DNA of 31,837 nt from Armatimonadota bacterium (GTDB lineage Bacteria; Armatimonadota; SYMT01), in the NCBI GenBank assembly GCA_046292385.1, contig JBKBRF010000005.1, positions 213,350 through 245,186 on the forward strand, given 5' to 3'. Within the stretch, counting starts at the first letter, position 1. The number at the start of each line of letters is the position of its first letter. Shown piece after piece: positions 25,741 through 31,837 of the stretch. Under the pieces are notes generated by a model. That model was not told where the DNA came from and did not search any database. It saw only the letters and a list, made by a program, of their open reading frames with translations. Both the position numbers and the translations under genes were made by a program.

Positions 25741-26387
25741 CGCGGCAGCTCGGAGCCGCGCTCGTGGCGGCGGCGACGGACCCCGGCCCGGACCGCCGTC
25801 TCACGTCCGTCGGCGGCGCCATCCGGATGGGGTCCCAGGTAGACCACGTAGACGATCCGCTCCGGCTCCGCCACGTAGTAGCGCAGGCGGTAGCCGTCCG
25901 GGAGCTGGAGCTGCCACACGTCGCGGTCCGGCATCTTCCGGAGCCGCCCCCGCCGCAGGGCGCCGCCGCACGTGGGCCGCTGCGGCAGGAAGCGCTCCAG
26001 CGCCTCGTTCGTCGCGGCCCGCACCGCGCGGGAGGCGCACTCCAGCGCTCGCAGCTCCCGCGGACGGATGTTGACCGTGTACGCCTCCTGCCGCTCCGGC
26101 TCCGGGGCCGCCAGCAGGGGCAGGTCGGCCCCGCTCAGGTGACGGTACTCCTCGAGCGCGTCGCAGAGCTCCCCCCAGTCGAGCGGCTCCCCCTGCTCCT
26201 CCGGCTCGCGGAGCAGCAGGTCCAGGTCGCTCCGGAGCCGGGCCCGATCGGCTGCGGAGAGCCGCCCGGCCCACGGCAGCAGGTAGTCCCAGCGCTCCCC
26301 CGCCCGCACGCGCGCGACCGCCGCCGCCAGCTCCGGCGGCGGGGCAATCCGGCGATCGTCTGCGGTGGAAGGCGCCGGGAGGATCAC
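25737..26387 (-). CDS. hypothetical protein: helical antitoxin-like N-domain fused to RelE/ParE-fold C-domain
   Basis: YTVNIRPRELRAL...RLRKMPDRDVWQLQLPDGYRLRYYVAEPERIVYVVYLGPHP follows the RelE strand pattern; GTG start abuts the peroxidase stop codon. Confidence 0.7.
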   Translation of the reverse strand: MILPAPSTADDRRIAPPPELAAAVARVRAGERWDYLLPWAGRLSAADRARLRSDLDLLLREPEEQGEPLDWGELCDALEEYRHLSGADLPLLAAPEPERQEAYTVNIRPRELRALECASRAVRAATNEALERFLPQRPTCGGALRRGRLRKMPDRDVWQLQLPDGYRLRYYVAEPERIVYVVYLGPHPDGAADGRETAVRAGVRRRRHERGSELPR

Positions 26388-26975
26388 CTACTTCTCCGCC
26401 AGAGCCTTCTCGATCGCGGAGACGACCTCCGGACTCGCCGGGTCGAGACGCGCCGGAAACCGGCCGATGACCTCGCCCTTCCGCCCGACGAGGAACTTGG
26501 CGAAGTTCCACTCTACGTCGCCGCCATACTGCGGGTTCGTCTCTTTGCTCGTCAGGTACCGGTAAAGCGGCGCCTGCCCCTCGCCCTTGACCACCACCTT
26601 GGAGAACATCGGGAACGTCACCCGGTACCTGGCGGTGCAGAACTCCTTGATCTCCTGGTCTGATCCCGGCTCCTGCATTCCGAAGTCATTCGCCGGGACG
26701 CCGAGGATCACCAGTCCCTGCTTGCCGTACTTCTCATACAGGCTCTGCAGCGCCGCATACTGCTTGGTGTTTCCGCACTGCGAGGCGACGTTGACGATCA
26801 TCACGAGCTTCCCGGCGAACCTCTTCAGCGGGACCGGCTTGCCGTCGATGTCGTTCATCGTGAAGGCCAGCACGGACGCCGGCTTCGCCTCCTCTGCCGC
26901 CCACAGGCGGCCGACTCCGATCAGTCCCGCGGCCGTCCCGAGCGCTCCGAACGTGAGAACCTTCCTGCGGTCCAT
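26388..26975 (-). CDS. glutathione peroxidase family protein (Cys type) with twin-arginine signal
   Basis: NVASQCG, PANDFGMQEPGS, EFC, FPMFSK, WNFAKFLV; N-terminal DRRKVL plus hydrophobic stretch. Confidence 0.95.
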   Translation of the reverse strand: MDRRKVLTFGALGTAAGLIGVGRLWAAEEAKPASVLAFTMNDIDGKPVPLKRFAGKLVMIVNVASQCGNTKQYAALQSLYEKYGKQGLVILGVPANDFGMQEPGSDQEIKEFCTARYRVTFPMFSKVVVKGEGQAPLYRYLTSKETNPQYGGDVEWNFAKFLVGRKGEVIGRFPARLDPASPEVVSAIEKALAEK

Positions 26976-27010
26976 CCTGATCCCTCCCTCGCTCCCGCGT
27001 TATCCCGCCG

Positions 27011-27544
27011 TCACTTCAACAGCGGCTTCACCACCGCCTCGAACTGCGCCAGGCTGCGTGAGCCGACAATCGCCTTCCCGTGCCGCTTGCCGGTACGGTC
27101 GTAGAGATACGTGGTGGGGACCGAGCCTCCCCACCCTTTGTCGATCGCGCCGACGAACCCGTCGATGCTGCCGCCCGACCGGATGTAAACCGGGAAAGCC
27201 GCCTTCTGGCCGCGAATGAACGCTACCACCTCGTCCCGGTCCTGCGGCTCGTCGACCGACGCCGCAATGATCATGAGCCCCTGGTCGCGATACTTCTCGT
27301 GGAGCTTCACCAGCGCGGGAAACTCCTCCACACACGGCGGGCACCACGTGGCCCACAGGTTGAGCAGCACCGCCTTGCCCTTGTGCTTCGCCAGCGCCTC
27401 CTTGAGCGCCTTACCCGAAACCGCCTGGACAGCCTCAGCGGAGGAGTCGGGAGCGGCCGCGGGCGCCATTCGCGCGAGAGCGCACGCGCCGAGCGCCAGG
27501 AGACCGAGAGCCAGGGCGCTGAACCGCCATTCTCGTAGACGCAT
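27011..27544 (-). CDS. TlpA/ResA-like thiol-disulfide oxidoreductase, exported
   Basis: Signal peptide, LLNLWATWCPPCVEEFP, cis-Pro motif VPTTYLYDR. Confidence 0.93.
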   Translation of the reverse strand: MRLREWRFSALALGLLALGACALARMAPAAAPDSSAEAVQAVSGKALKEALAKHKGKAVLLNLWATWCPPCVEEFPALVKLHEKYRDQGLMIIAASVDEPQDRDEVVAFIRGQKAAFPVYIRSGGSIDGFVGAIDKGWGGSVPTTYLYDRTGKRHGKAIVGSRSLAQFEAVVKPLLK

Positions 27545-27627
27545 GATCCACCTCTGCCCTGCGCGCCGCCCACCCCCGGCATCCGCCGCGGGCGAGGGCG
27601 ACGCGCAGGTCTCACTCGCGTGACCGG

Positions 27628-28161
27628 TTACTTCAGCATCTCGGCCGCGGACTTCTCCACGGCAGCCCAGCCATCCTTATCCACGTTCACGTGGTTGGAG
27701 CGCACGACGCCCTTGTTCCAGAGCAGGATCGTGTTCTCGGCCTCCTTGCTGATCTTGTATTGCGCCACGTCGCTGGCGGAGGCGCCCTGCGGCAGGAAGG
27801 TGAGGGGAACGCTCACCTTCTTCTCCGCGGCGATCTTCGCGATGTCGCCCTTCAGCTCGTTGCCGCCCATGAAGACGACGAAGGCGCGAAGGTTGCTGCC
27901 CTTGTGCTGATCCACCAGCTTCTGGACTGCCGAGACGACCTGGGCCGACTCCGCGCTCGGCTTCTTGATGAACGCCGCGACCACCGGAGCGCCGCCATAG
28001 GAGCAGCGATAGCAGAGCTGCTTTCCCTTGTTGGGGCCGGACACGTCCACCACGTCGAACGCCGGAACCGAAGCTCCTGGCTTCAGCCCCGAGTCCAGAG
28101 CGAAGGCGGCGGTAGCGGCAAGCGCTACGGCGGCCGCGGAAAGCAGTGCGCGCTTCAGCAT
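27628..28161 (-). CDS. exported thioredoxin-fold (redoxin-like) protein with CYRC motif
   Basis: GGAGGAGG RBS before ATG 28161; signal peptide ending AFA; GLKPGASVPAF..LCYRC; TILLWNKGVVR. Confidence 0.75.
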   Translation of the reverse strand: MLKRALLSAAAVALAATAAFALDSGLKPGASVPAFDVVDVSGPNKGKQLCYRCSYGGAPVVAAFIKKPSAESAQVVSAVQKLVDQHKGSNLRAFVVFMGGNELKGDIAKIAAEKKVSVPLTFLPQGASASDVAQYKISKEAENTILLWNKGVVRSNHVNVDKDGWAAVEKSAAEMLK

Positions 28162-28595
28162 CGGATCCTCCTCCTGCCGGGCCACGGCCGCGGCGGGAGT
28201 GCCGCGGCCTGGATAGCGAAATCCGATTGGAAGAATCGGAAACACAACTACCTGATACGACAGGTGGGCCGTGGCTGTCACTCTTCCTAGAAAAAAGAAG
28301 TGCCTCGCCGGCACGGGGCCAACGAGGCGCCCGCCACGGGTGCGGGCAAAGATGAGCTGCTTGTCGGTTCTATGGACGACCACGCCCTCTATCTTGTTCA
28401 GATGATTTTTAGGGCCGGCCCAAATCGGCTCGTTTTTCAGCGGCCGAGCCGGGCTGCAGAGGCGCGCTACCCCGCTTCTGCAGCCGCCAGGTTTGGATTC
28501 CCTGGGAACCCCGCACTATGGGGGTGGGTCCTTAAACTGGCTCCGTAAAGGGGCGCCGGAGGGCCCGAGAGGGCGCTCCTGGAAAGGAGAATAGG

Positions 28596-29006
28596 ATGAG
28601 GAAGTCGATTATCGCGCTGACGCTGGGCACCATCCTTGCGGGAACCCTGGCGGTTCCGGCGCTTGCAGATAGAAACGATCGAGACCGCCGGCGCGCCGGC
28701 GGGGCGGTAATCAACCGGACCGCCCCGCGCTATCGCAACGCGTCCGACCGCAACTGGCGGAACGAGATGGACCGCCGCGCCGACCGCATCGCGGACCGCG
28801 CGCGCAGCCTCTACCGCAACCGCCGCCTGAGCGCCCGGCACCGCGACGAGGTGCTGGAGAAGCTGCAGCGGATTCGGAACGACGTGCGCCATCGCGACCG
28901 GATCGACGCGCAGCGGTTCCGGGCGAACATGGAGCACCTGGACCGCACCGAGCGGACGATGGAGCAGTGGAGCCGGTCCGACACGCGGATCATCCGCCGG
29001 CGCTAG
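28596..29006 (+). CDS. secreted Arg/Asp-rich helical hypothetical protein
   Basis: AAAGGAG RBS, signal peptide ending ALA, highly charged mature region. Confidence 0.75.
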   Translation: MRKSIIALTLGTILAGTLAVPALADRNDRDRRRAGGAVINRTAPRYRNASDRNWRNEMDRRADRIADRARSLYRNRRLSARHRDEVLEKLQRIRNDVRHRDRIDAQRFRANMEHLDRTERTMEQWSRSDTRIIRRR

Positions 29007-29039
29007 CCGGGACGGCTCGCCGCACCACACTGACTGGCC

Positions 29040-29073
29040 GCAGCGCCTTCGGGGAGCGTCCCGGAGGCGCTGC
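29040..29073. terminator. hairpin between convergent genes, likely terminator
   Basis: GCAGCGCCTTCGGG / CCCGGAGGCGCTGC followed by GCTGTTTTCT. Confidence 0.6.
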
Positions 29074-29087
29074 GCTGTTTTCTGCGG

Positions 29088-30284
29088 TCAGACCCGGAAG
29101 AGGACTGACTCCGCCCGGAAGAGCCGCGCCGAGAGCCACAGCGCGCCGCCGGAGAGCGCGCCCATGCTGCCGAGGGTCAGCGCGAAGAAGCCCGGATCGA
29201 ACCGCAGCGTCAGCGCGTCGTTCATCACGCGAGTGACGTTCAGAATCGGAATGAGTGCCAGCCACCAGGCGCGGGAGAACTCGAAGAAGCTCATGAACTG
29301 TCCCAGCATGATCGGCACCATCAGGACGAACATCACCATCCCCAGGTAGCCCTGCGCCTCCCGCGGATTCCGGGACCAGGTGGCCAGCCCGAAGAGGAGC
29401 GCCATCGCAAAGACGGTGTACGGGAGCATCGCCAGCAGCATGATGCCCAGCGAGACCGGGGTGATCTGCACGCCGGCACCCAGGATGGCCCGCGCCTCGG
29501 CCGGGATTAGCGACCAGCCGATCCCCAGCCCGGTCGCCATCGCGAGCAGGCCGACCCACGACTGGGAGAGCAGCGCCGCGAACTTGCCCGCCACGATCTG
29601 GCCGCGGCCGATCGGCGTGGTGAGCAGCGTCTCCATCGTTCCCCGCTCCTTCTCTCCCGCCACCAGGTCCGCGGCGATCGTGGCGCCGCCGACCAGCGAC
29701 CAGATCATCAACAGGTAGGGGATCAGGGTGATGGCGATGCTGCCGCTGCGCCCGGGAAGCTTCGACACGGTGGGGCGGAACGGCAGCAGCAGATCCGGAT
29801 CGAGCCCGCGCGTCTCCAGACGCCGCCGCGCCAGCTCCTGGTTGGTCCGCTCGATCACCTCTTCCAGTACCCGCAGGGCGATCTCGGAGGAGCGGTCGGC
29901 GGGATCGTAGATCAGCCGAACCGGAGCCGGGGCCTCGCTCTGCAGCGCGGCAGTCAGATCCTCCCGGAACTCCAGCGCCACCCGCACTCGGCCGCCGCGC
30001 AGCAGGCGCTCCGCCTCCTCCGCGCCGGGCACCGCCTCCACCCGGAAGCGCCGGCTCTGCTCCAGCGGGCGCAGCAGCGCCGACCCGCGCTCCGCCCCGA
30101 CCGCCGCGATCGGGATCACCTCGGTTCGCGCCGTCTGCGTCACCCGCTTCATCGTCGCGCCCAGCAGGTACGAGATCGCCAGCGTGAGCAGCAGCGGGCC
30201 GAGAAAGACCCCGAAGAGGACCCGATGGTCCCGCAGCATTTCCCGCCACTCTTTGACGAAGACCGTGAGGATGGGACGCCCCAT
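29088..30284 (-). CDS. ABC-2 type exporter permease (NatB-like)
   Basis: KEWREMLRD, AGEKERGTMETLLTTP..GKF, about six TM helices; true ATG at 30284 overlaps the ATPase stop (TAATG). Confidence 0.92.
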   Translation of the reverse strand: MGRPILTVFVKEWREMLRDHRVLFGVFLGPLLLTLAISYLLGATMKRVTQTARTEVIPIAAVGAERGSALLRPLEQSRRFRVEAVPGAEEAERLLRGGRVRVALEFREDLTAALQSEAPAPVRLIYDPADRSSEIALRVLEEVIERTNQELARRRLETRGLDPDLLLPFRPTVSKLPGRSGSIAITLIPYLLMIWSLVGGATIAADLVAGEKERGTMETLLTTPIGRGQIVAGKFAALLSQSWVGLLAMATGLGIGWSLIPAEARAILGAGVQITPVSLGIMLLAMLPYTVFAMALLFGLATWSRNPREAQGYLGMVMFVLMVPIMLGQFMSFFEFSRAWWLALIPILNVTRVMNDALTLRFDPGFFALTLGSMGALSGGALWLSARLFRAESVLFRV

Positions 30285-31021
30285 TACGCGGCGCCCCCGA
30301 TCAGGTGCAGGAACGCGGCCTCCAGGCCGCGGTCCCCCGACTGCCGCCGCAGCTCCTCCACGGTGCCCTCCGCCACCACCCGCCCCTGGTGCACCACCAG
30401 TGCACGGTCGCAGAGGCGCTCGACCTCGCTCATCACGTGAGAGGAGAAGAGGATCGTCTTTCCCTGCTGCCGGCAGTCGCCGACATACTCCACGATCGCG
30501 TGTGAGGCAACGACGTCGAGCCCGGCGGTCGGCTCGTCCAGGATCAGAACCGGCGGATCGTGGATCAGGGTGCGCGCGAGGGACACGCGCTGCTTCTGGC
30601 CGGTGGAGAGCCGGTCGCACAGGCGGTCTGCAAAATCGTGGAGCTGGAGCAGCTCGATCAGGCGGTCCGCGCGGCGGGTCAGCTCCACGCCCCGGATTCC
30701 CTGGAGGCCGCCGAAGTACGCGAGCATCTCGCGCGCCGTCAGGCGGCCGTAGAGCGCCGTGGTGGAGGAGAGGAATCCGAGCCGCCGCCGGACCTCCACC
30801 GGCTGGCGCCGGATGTCGAACCCCGCTACCCGCGCGGAGCCCCCGGTCGGCTGCAGCAGCGTGGCGAGCACCCGCAGCAGGGTCGTCTTTCCGGCGCCGT
30901 TAACTCCCAGGATTCCGAGCACCTCACCCGGCGCCGCGTGGAAGGAGATTCCGTCGACCGCCGCCACGCTGCCGCGCTTGCGGTCCTGGAACGTCTTCCG
31001 GAGACTTTCGGCCTCGATCAT
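30284..31021 (-). CDS. ABC transporter ATP-binding protein (NatA-like)
   Basis: GVNGAGKTT, signature LSTGQKQR, ILDEPTAGLD, FSSH. Confidence 0.95.
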   Translation of the reverse strand: MIEAESLRKTFQDRKRGSVAAVDGISFHAAPGEVLGILGVNGAGKTTLLRVLATLLQPTGGSARVAGFDIRRQPVEVRRRLGFLSSTTALYGRLTAREMLAYFGGLQGIRGVELTRRADRLIELLQLHDFADRLCDRLSTGQKQRVSLARTLIHDPPVLILDEPTAGLDVVASHAIVEYVGDCRQQGKTILFSSHVMSEVERLCDRALVVHQGRVVAEGTVEELRRQSGDRGLEAAFLHLIGGAA

Positions 31022-31184
31022 CTGCTCCCCACTGTACGTCTCCCGCCACGCGCCTCCGGCACTTCCGTTCCGCCGGGGGTGCCGTGCTCCCTGCCGGTTG
31101 AGAGTTTATGCAGCTTTCTTTCGCGCGAATGTTTGCAGACGGCAACGTTTGGGACACAATGTTCTCCGGCGCCTGGAGAGACCG

Positions 31185-31469
31185 TTGAATAACACTGATT
31201 CGCTGCTGCTGGCTTACCGGATCTGGGAGCGGGGTGGTTCGCTGACGGGAGAGTCGATAAGGTACTCCCTCACGCCTCCGCCGGACCGCGACTCGCACCG
31301 GGTCGAGCGGGTGGAGCTGGTCCACGTACGGCTCGAGCCCGGGGTGCGCGTCGCCACCAGCGCCGCCGGTGAGCGCCTCCTCTACCGTCCCCCGCACGTC
31401 TACGGCAAGCGGCTGTCGGAAGGATTCATCCTCGGGTGGTGCGAGCTCGAGGAGCCGGAAACCGGGTAG
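31185..31469 (+). CDS. 94-aa hypothetical protein
   Basis: TTG start with GGAGAG RBS; upstream TTGCAG-N16-CACAAT promoter-like sequence; globular-looking composition. Confidence 0.55.
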   Translation: MNNTDSLLLAYRIWERGGSLTGESIRYSLTPPPDRDSHRVERVELVHVRLEPGVRVATSAAGERLLYRPPHVYGKRLSEGFILGWCELEEPETG

Positions 31470-31820
31470 CACTCCGTCCTCGCGGGATGGGTGGAATCGG
31501 CGAGGGAAAGTGGGAGTCGTCAGTTGCGGGGTAGCAAGTTGGCACGCTCCAGGTTGAGCTCCCCGGTGGGTGGGGTTCGGTGCTGCGCGCGCCTTCGTCG
31601 AGCTGAGCCCCCCGGATGGAGTCGACTTCACCCCGCAGGAAGGGCCGCGCAAGGATACTGTTGGCGAAATCAGCGGGGCAGGAAAATCATCGGTAGCCGA
31701 CCCCTTCGGCGAGATTCCCTGGCGGGGAAGCGGTGGCAAGTGTCACACGCTGTAAAGTTACGCCGCTGGTGGCGCAGGAAGGTTTTGCCGCATCGCTCGC
31801 TTGCGCGAAGGAGGCCGGGG

Positions 31821-31837
31821 ATGCGCTACCTGCAGGC
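31821..31837 (+). CDS. probable start of a gene cut by the window edge (MRYLQ...)
   Basis: AAGGAGG at 31808-31814, 6 nt before ATG. Confidence 0.45.

Noticed and set aside
168..26387. One translation-control system linking YchF, the Clp-RF2 fusion and the RelE-fold fusion
   Set aside because: The genes are 9-12 kb apart in unrelated transcription units; shared ribosome association is not evidence of linkage
24267..26663. 798-aa plus-strand ORF spanning cinA
   Set aside because: Alternative-frame artefact; the cinA frame carries all recognisable motifs
28162..28383. N-terminal extension of the 251-aa ORF
   Set aside because: Strong RBS and signal peptide place the start at 28161
30285..30620. 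N-terminal extension of the 510-aa permease ORF
   Set aside because: Lies inside the NatA-like ATPase gene; the real start is ATG 30284 (TAATG coupling)
31539..31560. Possible sigma-54 promoter (TTGGCACG...)
   Set aside because: No TTGC at the required -12 spacing
31545..31730. Resemblance to c-di-AMP (minus strand GGGGTGAAG..CCGAACCC) or c-di-GMP-I (plus strand GAAA stem) riboswitch
   Set aside because: Other conserved elements are missing, and the minus-strand reading has no gene directly downstream

Overview
High-GC bacterial chromosomal window. An Armatimonadota-like origin is suggested by protein style only, not established. No rRNA, tRNA, CRISPR array or transposase is recognisable. 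Left to right: a divergent YchF-family ATPase; an unannotated 53-aa four-cysteine microprotein; cell-envelope genes (TagO/WecA-like transferase, wecB, AI-2E transporter, uppP); a PLP aminotransferase; a large secreted SBBP/FN3 protein; a BlaI-BlaR1(M56)-HEAT module with two operator palindromes; a 1095-aa ClpA-like AAA+ protein; a VanX-like dipeptidase; a TPR-like lipoprotein; a secreted alpha/beta hydrolase; a signal-less sugar-binding protein; pentapeptide and zinc-ribbon proteins; cinA; an exported thiol-redox operon; and a NatAB-like ABC exporter. Two objects stand out. (1) The Clp AAA+ protein has HicB-like N-terminal units, a degenerate first ATPase module, a retained ClpP-docking IGF loop, and a C-terminal release-factor-2-like body lacking the GGQ catalytic domain. 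(2) The last gene of the redox operon is one polypeptide that appears to fuse an antitoxin-like helical domain to a RelE-fold domain. Intergenic spaces hold several REP-like and heptamer-repeat palindromes, including a ~150-bp nested inverted repeat present twice. All calls come from motif recognition by eye; no database searches were run.
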